Assembly: GCA_024654025.1 (NCBI GenBank)
Contig: JANLIR010000003.1
Location: 1,658-65,657 of the forward strand
Direction of reading: 5' to 3'
DNA: 64,000 nt
DNA from: Candidatus Wolfebacteria bacterium
GTDB lineage: Bacteria; Patescibacteriota; Minisyncoccia; UBA6257; UBA9933
The notes under the pieces are model-generated. The model worked only from the letters and a program-made list of their open reading frames with translations, was not told where the DNA came from and did no database searches. A program made the translations under genes and the position numbers. This document shows positions 1 to 9,791 of this stretch, one piece after another (positions within the stretch are counted from its first letter, which is position 1; every line of letters begins with the position of its first letter).

Positions 1-1
1 A

Positions 2-340
2 GAATACGTGCCGCAGGCAATGGACATGGTCGGGCTTAAAGATAAAATGAGAAATTTTCCGAAAGAGCTTTCCGGCGGAGAAAAACAAAGGGTTGCGATT
101 GCGCGGGCTATGATTAATCATCCCGATGTGTTGATTGCCGACGAGCCGACTGGAAATTTGGATCCGATAAATACGTGGGATATTATTAAATTACTTTTAA
201 AAATAAATGAACTCGGGACAACGATAATTTTAGCGACTCACAACAAGGACATAGTTAATTTTTTAGATCGAAGAGTTATAAGTTTGGAAAATGGTCGGGT
301 TATAAGAGACGAACAAAAAGGACGATACATACTCGTTTAA
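2..340 (+). CDS. ftsE: Cell division ABC ATPase FtsE (5'-truncated by window edge)
   Basis: ABC signature LSGGEKQRVAIARA, Walker B LIADEPTGNLD, H-loop ATH; directly upstream of ftsX. Confidence 0.9.
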   Translation, partial: EYVPQAMDMVGLKDKMRNFPKELSGGEKQRVAIARAMINHPDVLIADEPTGNLDPINTWDIIKLLLKINELGTTIILATHNKDIVNFLDRRVISLENGRVIRDEQKGRYILV

Positions 341-359
341 AATTTCTACTTTTTAACAC

Positions 360-1271
360 ATGTTTCTTACTAAATTATTCAGGACAATAAAATACGGTTT
401 TTTGAGATTTTGGCGAGAGGGTTCGCTTTCGACGGCGACTGTGGCTATAGTTTTTTTGGTTTTAGTCGGATTTGGAGGACTGATTCTTTTTAATACGATA
501 TCCAATAAAACTCTTGGTTATATCCAGGATAAAGTTGATATTAGCGTTTATTTCAAGCCAGACGCCAATGAGGATGAAATAATAAGGATGCAAAAGTCTC
601 TTCAGCAGATGACTGAGGTGAAATCCGTTGAATATGTTTCTAAGGACAGGGCTCTTGAGATATTCAAAGAACGGAACGCGAATGACCCAAAAATTTCTCA
701 AGCGCTCGTGGTTGTTGATACTAATCCATTCGGAGCGTATCTCAATATTAAAGCGAGGGAATTGAAAGATTACGCGGCTATTAATACGTATTTAGACAAA
801 GATGCTTTTAAGAGCGAGGTAGATAAGATTTCTTATACTGAAAGCGCGGCTGTGATAGAACGGTTAAAAAAAATAAAAACAACGGTTGAGCAAAGCGCGT
901 TCGTGCTTTTGATTTTTATCGTGGCAACGGCGGCTTTGATAATTTTTAACACGATAAAATTAGCTATCCATTCAAATCGCGACGAGATTGGAATAATGCG
1001 ATTAGTAGGCGCGTCCAATTATTTTATTCAAGGGCCATTTTTGGTGGAGGGAATTTTATACGGGATATTGGGAGGAATTATGGCGACTTTGGTGATTGGA
1101 GGAGGAATTTATTATCTTTCTCCGTATATGAGAATTTTTGTTCCGGATTTGGACGGCTGGAATTATTTTGTTTCCAATTCGTTTAGATTTTTGGTTTACG
1201 AAGTTCTTTTTGGAATTTTATTGGGAGTTGTTTCGAGTTATATCGCGGTAAGAAAATATTTGAAGATTTAA
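360..1271 (+). CDS. ftsX: Cell division permease FtsX
   Basis: N-terminal TM, large extracellular loop, 3 C-terminal TMs with EIGIMRLVGAS..FI.GPFLVEG motif. Confidence 0.9.
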   Translation: MFLTKLFRTIKYGFLRFWREGSLSTATVAIVFLVLVGFGGLILFNTISNKTLGYIQDKVDISVYFKPDANEDEIIRMQKSLQQMTEVKSVEYVSKDRALEIFKERNANDPKISQALVVVDTNPFGAYLNIKARELKDYAAINTYLDKDAFKSEVDKISYTESAAVIERLKKIKTTVEQSAFVLLIFIVATAALIIFNTIKLAIHSNRDEIGIMRLVGASNYFIQGPFLVEGILYGILGGIMATLVIGGGIYYLSPYMRIFVPDLDGWNYFVSNSFRFLVYEVLFGILLGVVSSYIAVRKYLKI

Positions 1272-1284
1272 TTTACGAATCTAT

Positions 1285-1324
1285 ATATTAAAATAACGGC
1301 CGTAAGCGGCCGTTATTTTAATAT
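1285..1324. terminator. Bidirectional intrinsic terminator hairpin
   Basis: Perfect 18-bp stem ATATTAAAATAACGGCCG-TAAG-CGGCCGTTATTTTAATAT between convergent genes. Confidence 0.7.
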
Positions 1325-1335
1325 GGAATGATTAA

Positions 1336-3279
1336 TCAGTCTAACTTATACACAAATAATGTTGTTCCTACGCGGTAATCGGGTTTGTATGGATCTTTTA
1401 TTTTTTGCAACCAGCGATATTCGTCTTCCGGTTTTCTTTGTTGGCCAATACGCAGTTTGCCTATATCGCCTTGAAGATTGTTTATTGACACTGCCAGCCA
1501 GTAAATTTCGTCGTATTTGGGATTGTTTTTAGAAGACTGCCAGTCTTCGGCCTTGTTTCCTAGATAATATTTTAAATTGCCGCCCCCGAAATAATCAATC
1601 GCTATTTTGTCTATTTTTTCTCCAGCCGGCGGATTATCAACAAATTTTTTGAGGCGTTTTAAGTCTTGTCCCCAGTCATAATTTGAGTCAGTAACGGATT
1701 TGTAGCCATTGTAAATGCCGCCGCCCAGTTCGTTGAAATAAGAAAGAAAATATGGATAAGCGAAAGCGGTTTCCAAAAAGAACCAAACAGCAAGAATTAT
1801 AATAAGCGCGGTTTTGGCGGAAGATTTGAAGGCTTGAACGGTGAATTTGAAAAGATTTCTGAAAAAACCGCCTTCAAAATAAGTTCTATTTTTAGACCAT
1901 TCCTTCAAAACCACCGTTGATAAAATATAGATCAAGGGAATGGTTGGTAAAATATGCCGATAGCCGATATTTAGCGGACTTTTTATGCTATAGAGCCAAT
2001 AAAATATGGCAAACGCGAGCATTGAGAATTCCGGAAAAGAAACGCCGATATAATCGGATAGGTTTTTTAAGCCCAACTCTCTTTTGAAAATTTTTCTAAT
2101 TAATCCGCCCAGCGCTATGAATATTGCCAAAGCGATAATTATAAGAGAGGGAATCGGTTCTTTTAAGAGAAACACGACTGGGAAATAGTACCACCAACCG
2201 GCGGCAGAAACTTCTCCTAAGAAATATCCCGTGTTTCCTCCGGAAGATCTTTGCATTACCATCAAGACTCCGAGCATGTACTCGCCAAGCGGCCTTAAAA
2301 TTTTACTCTTGGCCATTAAAATATTTACTTCAGCAAGGCATCTGACACGGCGCGCGAGAGGCACGCCGCTATTTAATTTACATGTTGAAAGATTAGTGTC
2401 CGGCCCATTGGCAAAGGAAGTTAAAATAAATGTTGTGTCGGAAACTTGTTTTTCCACGGGATAGTTTATTGTGAAAACAAAGTAAACAGCGTAAACAAGA
2501 ACGTAGCCGAGCGCGAAAACGGCAACAACGTATTTCAAATAATAAAACAGCTCTTTTACAAGTGTCAGCAGTTTGCCGAAAAAATTTTGACCGAACCATA
2601 AATTTTTCGCTTTCCAAATAGCATACACAATAGCGAGAAAAATAAAAAACGGAATTAAAAGAACCGCCGAAAATTTTAAAAGTTGGGCGATGCCAAAAGC
2701 GATTCCGGCGTAAATCAGGCGTTTGCCCGAAGGATTAAGAGTGAATTTTACAAAATAATAAAGAGCGACAAAAATTCCAAAAGTGGCGGCAATGTCGGTT
2801 GTAACATAATGGCTGTGCGCCAAAACGGTCGGCGAAAACGCGAATAGAAATGTTGGCAGAAAAGCCCACCAACGGCCGACGATTTCACTGGCCCAGATGT
2901 AAATGAATAATATAAGAAGAAGAGTCAAAAGCATCGGAGCTAGCCGGGCCCAGTTGATTATCTGGTCGGCGTTGTTTCCAGATTCATAAAGAAATTGCGT
3001 TCCTAATGCCCATTGTCCGTTTATTTCTGTTTGCCAGTCGCGGCTTTGAGTTGGAAAATTCAGTTTTTGAAAAAGAAGAGGAAGCGCCGATAAGGCTTTA
3101 ATTAGCGGCGGGTGTTCGGGATTTAGCCGATAATCAAGATAACGAACGTATCCATAGCCGGCAGGGATATGGGCGAGTTCGTCCATAACCGCCGATTCCT
3201 GGAGCGAAACGCTCAGCGATAAACCAAACGACGCTATGATAATTAAACCTACAAGAGACCATTGAAAATATTTAGACAT
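1336..3279 (-). CDS. Multi-TM glycosyltransferase, GT39/ArnT/PMT-like (GT-C fold)
   Basis: DE..HI.AGY and NPEHPPL.K motifs, many TM helices, DSNYDWGQDL motif. Confidence 0.8.
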   Translation of the reverse strand: MSKYFQWSLVGLIIIASFGLSLSVSLQESAVMDELAHIPAGYGYVRYLDYRLNPEHPPLIKALSALPLLFQKLNFPTQSRDWQTEINGQWALGTQFLYESGNNADQIINWARLAPMLLTLLLILFIYIWASEIVGRWWAFLPTFLFAFSPTVLAHSHYVTTDIAATFGIFVALYYFVKFTLNPSGKRLIYAGIAFGIAQLLKFSAVLLIPFFIFLAIVYAIWKAKNLWFGQNFFGKLLTLVKELFYYLKYVVAVFALGYVLVYAVYFVFTINYPVEKQVSDTTFILTSFANGPDTNLSTCKLNSGVPLARRVRCLAEVNILMAKSKILRPLGEYMLGVLMVMQRSSGGNTGYFLGEVSAAGWWYYFPVVFLLKEPIPSLIIIALAIFIALGGLIRKIFKRELGLKNLSDYIGVSFPEFSMLAFAIFYWLYSIKSPLNIGYRHILPTIPLIYILSTVVLKEWSKNRTYFEGGFFRNLFKFTVQAFKSSAKTALIIILAVWFFLETAFAYPYFLSYFNELGGGIYNGYKSVTDSNYDWGQDLKRLKKFVDNPPAGEKIDKIAIDYFGGGNLKYYLGNKAEDWQSSKNNPKYDEIYWLAVSINNLQGDIGKLRIGQQRKPEDEYRWLQKIKDPYKPDYRVGTTLFVYKLD

Positions 3280-3358
3280 AAAAAATTAAAATTCAGGCGA
3301 AATTTAAGCGACTTTTTAAATTTTGTTATTTTAATAATTATAATATAAAATCTTATTA

Positions 3359-3676
3359 ATGATAACAGTGGGAAAGAGCAAACCGCTTTTTTGGACAGCG
3401 CACAGCAAAGGGAAAATGAATTTTTACCGGCTATCGGCGGGAAGAGTGAAAAGAATAATACATTCTCCTGAAAGAATTGAGGTTGGAATTGCCCCTAACA
3501 CTATCGCGATGATGCAGTCGGTAAAAAGCCAAAAACATCCGTATGAAATTTGGACGATGATTCAGGAAACAAGAACGAAGCGTAGAGTGATTTCCGCGTG
3601 GAGATATCCGGGTATAACTAAGCCGGGCGACTCGATTCCGGAAGAAATTTTAAGGGAATTGAAAAATGTTTTATGA
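3359..3676 (+). CDS. Conserved hypothetical protein, possible DUF4258/BrnT-RelE-like fold
   Basis: 105-aa ORF; WT.H..., EIW.M, VISAWRYPG pattern. Confidence 0.6.
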   Translation: MITVGKSKPLFWTAHSKGKMNFYRLSAGRVKRIIHSPERIEVGIAPNTIAMMQSVKSQKHPYEIWTMIQETRTKRRVISAWRYPGITKPGDSIPEEILRELKNVL

Positions 3677-3693
3677 CGGTATTTATCATATTA

Positions 3694-3760
3694 TTGACTT
3701 TTTTTATAATTGGACTATAATTAAAAAGATTAATGGATCCGCGGCCCGCGGGTCTTTTTT
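3694..3760 (+). promoter_or_regulatory. Sigma70-type promoter plus leader terminator-like hairpin upstream of nusA
   Basis: TTGACT (3694) -16 bp- TATAAT (3716); GGATCCGCGG/CCGCGGGTCT hairpin followed by T-tract. Confidence 0.55.
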
Positions 3761-3769
3761 AAAAAAAAT

Positions 3770-5041
3770 ATGGATTTTAAATCATTAAATTGGGCGATAA
3801 AGCAGATTGCGGAAGAAAAAGGCATTGAACCGGATAAGGTTTTCGAAGCCGTCGAATCCGCGATCGCGGCCGCCTACAAAAAAGAATATTGCAAGAGAGG
3901 AGAAATTGTTCACGTGAAAATGGATCCAAAAACCGGAAGCCTTAATTTTTGGAAGACAAAAATAGTTGTTGATGAAACAACGGTGAGAATAGAAGAGGAG
4001 CCCTCCGTCGCTGAGGTTTTGGAGGGTAAAGAAGGGATGAAAAGGGGTGTGTCCTTTGAAATTTTAGCGAAGGAGGATGATGAAGAAAAAATCCCCAAAT
4101 ATAATCCCGACCGGCATATTTTAATAAAAGAAGCGAAAGAAATAAAACCCGATGCGGAATTAGACGAAGAATTAATTTTTCCTCTGGAAGAACACGAGGA
4201 TTTTGGAAGAATTGCGGCCCAAACCGCCAAACAAGTCATTATTCAGAAATTAAGAGAGGAAGAAAGAATGTCGGTGCAAAGAGAATTTCAAGGCAAGGAA
4301 GGCCAGATTGTAAGCGGTATTGTGCAGAGAATTGAAAGAGGAAATGTTTTTGTCGATCTCGGCCGGGCGGCCGGAATTATGTTTTTTAACGAAACAATTC
4401 CCGGAGAATATTATCGAGTAAGCGAAAGGTTAAAATTTTATCTTTTGGCGGTACAAAACGAAGAAGGAAAACGGCCCGGAATTATTTTGTCTCGCAGCCA
4501 CCCTCAATTTGTGGCAAGGCTTTTTGAACTTGAAGTGCCGGAAATTGCCGACGGTTTGGTAGAAATAAAAGGAATTGCCAGAGAAGCCGGAAGCAGAACA
4601 AAAATCGCCGTTGCCTCAAAAGAAGAAGGTATTGATCCGGTTGGCGCGTCTGTCGGTCAAAGAGGCACGAGAGTAATGGCTGTTACTAATGAGCTTGGAA
4701 ACGAAAAAATAGATATCATTGAGTGGCACGAAGAGATAGAAAAGTTTTTAGCCGCGTCTTTGTCTCCGGCAAAAGCGAGAGATGTGGAAATTATGCCCAG
4801 AAGAGAAGCTAAAATTTTTGTTCCTGAAGATCAGCTAAGTTTGGCTATAGGAAAAGACGGCCAAAATGTCCGTTTGGCGGCGATGCTTACGGGTTGGAAA
4901 ATAGATATTCGTTCTCAGTCGCGTCCGGATCAGGTTCAGGAAGGGGGAATTGCGGAAATCCAAAACGAAGGAGAAAAAGCAGAAGAAAAAACAGAAGAAA
5001 TTACCGAAGAAAAAGTTGAAAAAAACGAGGAAAATAAATAG
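3770..5041 (+). CDS. nusA: Transcription termination/antitermination factor NusA
   Basis: FGRIAAQTAKQ, S1 domain, KH motifs REAGSRTKIAV and QLSLAIGKDGQNVRLA. Confidence 0.97.
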   Translation: MDFKSLNWAIKQIAEEKGIEPDKVFEAVESAIAAAYKKEYCKRGEIVHVKMDPKTGSLNFWKTKIVVDETTVRIEEEPSVAEVLEGKEGMKRGVSFEILAKEDDEEKIPKYNPDRHILIKEAKEIKPDAELDEELIFPLEEHEDFGRIAAQTAKQVIIQKLREEERMSVQREFQGKEGQIVSGIVQRIERGNVFVDLGRAAGIMFFNETIPGEYYRVSERLKFYLLAVQNEEGKRPGIILSRSHPQFVARLFELEVPEIADGLVEIKGIAREAGSRTKIAVASKEEGIDPVGASVGQRGTRVMAVTNELGNEKIDIIEWHEEIEKFLAASLSPAKARDVEIMPRREAKIFVPEDQLSLAIGKDGQNVRLAAMLTGWKIDIRSQSRPDQVQEGGIAEIQNEGEKAEEKTEEITEEKVEKNEENK

Positions 5042-5088
5042 AATTAATTAATAAATTTAAAAGGTCATATTATTTATAGTTGTAAAAT

Positions 5089-5166
5089 GTCATCCTGAGC
5101 CGCAGGCGAAGGATCTCATCCAATTCCGACGAGATTCTTCTCCGTCGGCTGACGGATCAGAATGAC
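5089..5166. repeat. REP-like palindromic doublet GTCATCCTGAG...GAAGGATCTC / GAGATTCTTC...TCAGAATGAC
   Basis: Two imperfect inverted arms with small internal hairpins; half copy at 17284-17321. Confidence 0.7.
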
Positions 5167-5176
5167 GGAATAAGAA

Positions 5177-7147
5177 ATGTTTTATTTTACAGTTGTTCCA
5201 GCATTGATAGCGATTTTGTACAGTGTTTACATAATTTTTTGGCTTCGAAAGCAGCCGGATGGGGACGAGAAAATGAAAGAAATTTCCGGCGCGATTAAAA
5301 CGGGCGCGATGGCGTTTTTAAACAGAGAATATCGCACGGTCGGGATTGTTGCGTTAGTTATATCAGTCGTTTTATTTATAGCTTTCGGATGGCTATCGGT
5401 TTTGGGATTTTTAATCGGCGCGTCAGCGTCGGCCTTCGCCGGTTATATCGGGATGTTAATTTCGGTCAGTTCTAATTTAAAGACAACCGAGGCGGCGAAA
5501 AAAGGTTTGGCGCCGGCTTTGTACGTAGCTTTTAGAGCCGGTTCAGTTACCGGATTTTTAGTTGTAGCGCTTTCTCTTTTGGCGGTGAGTTTATTTTATT
5601 TCGCGACAAACGATTTGAAAGTTTTAGTTTCTTTGGGATTTGGCGCGAGTTTGATTTCCATATTCGCGCGGCTCGGCGGGGGAATTTTTACCAAAGCCGC
5701 TGACGTGGGAGCGGACTTGGTTGGGAAAGTTGAAGCCGGAATTCCCGAAGATGATCTGAGAAATCCGGCGGTTATCGCCGATTTAGTTGGAGATAACGCG
5801 GGTGATTGCGCGGGAATGGCAGCCGATCTTTTTGAAACTTACGCAGTTACTTTAATTGCTTCTATGCTTTTGGGCGCTTTGACTTTTGTCGGCAATGTCG
5901 GAATTTATTTCCCTTTGGCTTTGGCTGGAACAGCAATTATAGCTTCTGTTTTGGGAAGTTTGTTCGTGAAGCTTGGTAAAGACGGGAAAATTATGAAAGC
6001 GCTTTATAAAGGAGTTTTCGCTTCAACGATAATTTCGGCGATTTTGTTTTATCCGGTATCAATAATTTATTTTGGAAATAGTTACGGCGGTTATTATTTG
6101 AGCGCGTTGGTTGGATTGGTCGTGATGGTTTTGATGGTGGTGGTAACCGATTATTATACTTCGAAAAGTTTTAGGCCGGTTAAATCAATCGCCGACGCGT
6201 CCAAATCTGGACATGGAACAAATATTATTATGGGTTTGGCAATAAGTATGGAGTCTACATTTTTGCCGGTTGTGATAATCGGCGCGGGGATTTTAGCGAG
6301 TTTTTATTTGGCGGGAATTTACGGCGTGGCTACCGCGGTTTTGGCAATGCTTTCAGCTACGGGAATGATTGTGGCAATTGATTCTTTCGGGCCTATTACC
6401 GATAACGCCGGCGGAATCGCGGAGATGACGCACCAACCGGAAGAGGTCAGAAAAGTTACTGACGCTTTGGATGCGGTAGGAAACACAACTAAAGCGGTTA
6501 CTAAGGGATATGCTATTGCTTCGGCAGGGCTGGCGGCTTTGGTTCTTTTTGCCAGTTATTCGCAGGAACTATCCGCGCATCTGGGAGGAATTAATTTTGA
6601 TTTGAGCGACCCGTTAGTAATTATCGGATTAATTGCCGGAGCTTCTATCCCTTATTTATTCGGGTCGTTCGCGATGCGCTCAGTTGGAAAAGCCGCGGGA
6701 ACGGTTGTTGAAGAAGTTAGGAGGCAGTTTCGGGAAATCCCCGGAATCATGGAAGGCACTGGAAAGCCGGATTACCACAGGGCGGTTGATATTGTTACCA
6801 AAGCGGCTCTTAAAGAAATGATAGTGCCGGCGCTTCTTCCGATTGCCGCTGTTTTACTTGTTGGGTTTTTACTTGGCGCTAAAGCTTTGGGGGGGCTTTT
6901 AATCGGTTCGATTATTTCCGGACTTTTTGTGGCTATTTCAATGACGTCAGGAGGAGCGGCGTGGGACAATGCCAAGAAATATATTGAAGAAGGAAATTAC
7001 GGCGGAAAAGGTTCTGACGCCCATAAAGCAGCAGTTACCGGAGATACTGTCGGCGATCCTTATAAAGACACTGCCGGTCCGGCGATAAATCCTTTGATAA
7101 AAGTCATAAACATAGTCGCGCTTTTAATTGTAAAGTTTTTGAAGTAG
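5177..7147 (+). CDS. hppA: Membrane H+-translocating pyrophosphatase, K+-independent type
   Basis: [27 protein letters not shown] motif; GNTTKA signature; [10 protein letters not shown]. Confidence 0.95.
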   Translation: MFYFTVVPALIAILYSVYIIFWLRKQPDGDEKMKEISGAIKTGAMAFLNREYRTVGIVALVISVVLFIAFGWLSVLGFLIGASASAFAGYIGMLISVSSNLKTTEAAKKGLAPALYVAFRAGSVTGFLVVALSLLAVSLFYFATNDLKVLVSLGFGASLISIFARLGGGIFTKAADVGADLVGKVEAGIPEDDLRNPAVIADLVGDNAGDCAGMAADLFETYAVTLIASMLLGALTFVGNVGIYFPLALAGTAIIASVLGSLFVKLGKDGKIMKALYKGVFASTIISAILFYPVSIIYFGNSYGGYYLSALVGLVVMVLMVVVTDYYTSKSFRPVKSIADASKSGHGTNIIMGLAISMESTFLPVVIIGAGILASFYLAGIYGVATAVLAMLSATGMIVAIDSFGPITDNAGGIAEMTHQPEEVRKVTDALDAVGNTTKAVTKGYAIASAGLAALVLFASYSQELSAHLGGINFDLSDPLVIIGLIAGASIPYLFGSFAMRSVGKAAGTVVEEVRRQFREIPGIMEGTGKPDYHRAVDIVTKAALKEMIVPALLPIAAVLLVGFLLGAKALGGLLIGSIISGLFVAISMTSGGAAWDNAKKYIEEGNYGGKGSDAHKAAVTGDTVGDPYKDTAGPAINPLIKVINIVALLIVKFLK

Positions 7148-7165
7148 AGGTATAATTATGTTCTT

Positions 7166-7759
7166 ATGGAACTAATACCCACAGTAATAGAAAAAGTGCA
7201 GGGAGGGGAAAGGGCTTATGATATTTATTCGCGGCTTTTGAAAGAGCGTATAATTTTTCTTGGCGGGTCGATTAATGACGCGGTTGCCAATTCAGTAATT
7301 GCCCAATTATTATTTTTAGAGCATGAAGACGCAAAAAAAGACATTAAGCTTTATATAAATAGCCCGGGAGGAGTAGTTTCAGCGGGACTCGCTATTTATG
7401 ACACGATGCAGCACGTTAAACCGGATGTTTCAACGATTTGTATCGGTACTGCGGCTTCCGCGGCGGCCTTGCTTTTATCGGCGGGGAAAAAAGGCAAAAG
7501 ATTTTCTCTTCCTAATGCCGATATTTTACTTCACCAGGTAATGGGAGGAGCGGAAGGACAAGCCGTTGACGTGGAAATTGCGGCGCGGCAGATTTTGAAA
7601 ATCAGAGAACGAATAAATCAGATTTTGGTAAAACACACGGGACAACCGATGTCTAAAATAGAAAGAGATACGGACAGGGATTTTTGGCTGTCGGCTTTAG
7701 AGGCGAAGCAGTACGGTGTGATTGACGAAATCATAAAAGGCAAAAACGGCCGCATTTAG
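7166..7759 (+). CDS. clpP: ATP-dependent Clp protease proteolytic subunit
   Basis: [20 protein letters not shown], catalytic Ser in AASAA, HQ motif. Confidence 0.97.
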   Translation: MELIPTVIEKVQGGERAYDIYSRLLKERIIFLGGSINDAVANSVIAQLLFLEHEDAKKDIKLYINSPGGVVSAGLAIYDTMQHVKPDVSTICIGTAASAAALLLSAGKKGKRFSLPNADILLHQVMGGAEGQAVDVEIAARQILKIRERINQILVKHTGQPMSKIERDTDRDFWLSALEAKQYGVIDEIIKGKNGRI

Positions 7760-7781
7760 AACAATTGTTTTTTTTAATAAT

Positions 7782-8846
7782 ATGTTCTCTAAAAAACCAA
7801 AAATCGCGATAAACGGATTTGGGAGAATAGGAAGATTGTTTTTCCGACAAGCGTTTCCCGCCCGAGGCGGATCCGCCTTTGGCGGAGACGCGGAGAAATT
7901 TAATATTGTTGCCATAAATGATTTGGGAGATATTGAAAATTTAGCGTATTTATTGAAATACGATTCTGTTTACAGAATTTATGATAAAGAAGTTAAAGCC
8001 AATAGAGAAAAGGGCGTAATTTTGGTTGACGGAAAAGAAGTTAAATTTATTTCTGAAAAAGATCCAACTAAGTTGCCGTGGAAAGAATTAGAAATCGACA
8101 TAGTGGTTGAGTCGACAGGAGCGTATGAATCTTTTGAAAAATCCAAAGCGCATTTGGATGCTGGAGCCAAGAAAGTAGTTTTAACTGCTCCCGCTAAAGA
8201 CCAAGACGGCCAAATAGGAAAAACTGTTTTGGTTGGATTAAACGAAAACGAGTTGAAAACTTGCAATATAAGCTCTAACGCGTCTTGTACGACCAACGCG
8301 GCTTCGCCGGTAATCGCCATAATGTCCGAAGAGCCGGGTATTGAAAAAGCTGTTTTAAACACTATACATGCATATACCAATACGCAGACGATTGTTGATA
8401 GCCCTGTTAAGGGAAATGATTTTAGACGCGGTCGGGCCGGAGCTCAAAATATAATTCCTTCGACAACCGGAGCGGCGATAGCGGTAACGCGGGCTTTTAA
8501 AGAATTGGAAGGAAAATTTGACGGCATTGCCATAAGAGTGCCGGTTGTAACCGGATCAATTGCGGATATAACTTTTATTTCAAAAAGAAATACTTCAGCC
8601 GAGGAAATAAACGAAATTTTTAAAAAAGCGGAGAAATCAAAACGCTGGCAGGGGATTTTAAAAACAACCGAAGATCAGATTGTTTCAACGGATATCATCG
8701 GTGAGCCATACGGAGCGATTGTTGATTTAAAATTTACCAAAGTCATCGGCGGCAATTTGGTGAAAGTTTTGAGCTGGTATGATAACGAAGCCGGATATGT
8801 GGCAACTCTTATAAAACACGTTCTTAAAGCTGCGGAGAGTTTATAA
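7782..8846 (+). CDS. gap: Glyceraldehyde-3-phosphate dehydrogenase type I
   Basis: INGFGRIGR, SNASCTTN active site, WYDNE. Confidence 0.97.
   Translation: MFSKKPKIAINGFGRIGRLFFRQAFPARGGSAFGGDAEKFNIVAINDLGDIENLAYLLKYDSVYRIYDKEVKANREKGVILVDGKEVKFISEKDPTKLPWKELEIDIVVESTGAYESFEKSKAHLDAGAKKVVLTAPAKDQDGQIGKTVLVGLNENELKTCNISSNASCTTNAASPVIAIMSEEPGIEKAVLNTIHAYTNTQTIVDSPVKGNDFRRGRAGAQNIIPSTTGAAIAVTRAFKELEGKFDGIAIRVPVVTGSIADITFISKRNTSAEEINEIFKKAEKSKRWQGILKTTEDQIVSTDIIGEPYGAIVDLKFTKVIGGNLVKVLSWYDNEAGYVATLIKHVLKAAESL
7857..7886. repeat. 30-nt double-hairpin (CCGCC-N3-GGCGG x2) inserted in-frame in gap
   Basis: CCCGCCCGAGGCGGATCCGCCTTTGGCGGA encodes PARGGSAFGG; relatives at 50952-51011 and 15216-15230. 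Confidence 0.75.
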
Positions 8847-8850
8847 TTAT

Positions 8851-8992
8851 CAATAAGCAAATTGTTTCTCGCTACCGTTCGCTCGCCCAGCGAGCGTGCT
8901 CACTGGCGTTCGTCGTTCGCTCCTCCGACACTTCGGTCGGAGACCATGCCCGCTCACTCCTCAAGCCGCGCTCGAAATCAATTTTCTTATTG
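8851..8992. repeat. GC-rich nested palindromic intergenic element
   Basis: Terminal IR CAATAAGCAAATTGTTTC / GAAATCAATTTTCTTATTG enclosing several small hairpins. Confidence 0.6.
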
Positions 8993-9013
8993 TAAATACA
9001 ATTTAAAGTATCC

Positions 9014-9667
9014 ATGAGATTTGATATTATTACGATTTTTCCTCAAATTTTTGACTCGTATTTAAACGAGTCGATTTTAAAGCGCGCGCAAGCAAAGAAA
9101 TTGATTGATATAAAAATCCATAATTTGAGGGATTTTACTTCTAATAAACATAAAAAAGTTGACGATAAGCCGTTTGGAGGCGGACCGGGAATGGTTTTAA
9201 TGGCTGAACCAATAATTAAGGCTGTAAAGAAGGCGGTAAAATCGAAAAAAACAAAGGTAATTTTGTTTTCTGCCGGAGGCAAGCAATTTGATAATAAAGC
9301 CGCTCGTGTTTTGTCTAAGTATAACCAATTGGTTTTTGTGTGTGGAAGATATGAAGGCGTAGATGAGCGGGTAAAAAAAGCGGTAAAAGATTTGGGTTTG
9401 GGCGTGGAGGAGATTTCTATTGGTCCGTACGTTTTGACGGGAGGGGAGCTTCCGGCGATGGTTTTAATTGACGCGATTTCAAGACAAATAAAAGACGTTT
9501 TGGGAAAGCAAGAATCATTGGAAGAAAAAAGATTGGGCGTTGGAGTGCCGGGTTATACTCGACCGGAAGCTTTTATTTTTCGCAAGAAAAAATATCCAAC
9601 TCCTAAAGTTCTTTTATCCGGCAACCACCAAAAAATAGAGGAGTGGCGCCGAAAAAATAAAAAGTGA
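9014..9667 (+). CDS. trmD: tRNA (guanine37-N1)-methyltransferase
   Basis: VDDKPFGGGPGMV, CGRYEGVDER, SIGPYVLTGGE. Confidence 0.97.
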   Translation: MRFDIITIFPQIFDSYLNESILKRAQAKKLIDIKIHNLRDFTSNKHKKVDDKPFGGGPGMVLMAEPIIKAVKKAVKSKKTKVILFSAGGKQFDNKAARVLSKYNQLVFVCGRYEGVDERVKKAVKDLGLGVEEISIGPYVLTGGELPAMVLIDAISRQIKDVLGKQESLEEKRLGVGVPGYTRPEAFIFRKKKYPTPKVLLSGNHQKIEEWRRKNKK

Positions 9668-9705
9668 TTGAAAAGATTAAATTAAATAACTAGGCGTTGT
9701 GGTAT

Positions 9706-9751
9706 ACATTTACTACAATTGTTTCCGATCGGAAACAATTGTAGTAAATGT
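9706..9751. repeat. Perfect 46-bp palindrome with no loop
   Basis: ACATTTACTACAATTGTTTCCGA|TCGGAAACAATTGTAGTAAATGT. Confidence 0.9.
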
Positions 9752-9791
9752 GAATAACCGACAGATATAATAACTGGTAAGTGAGGGGGGC

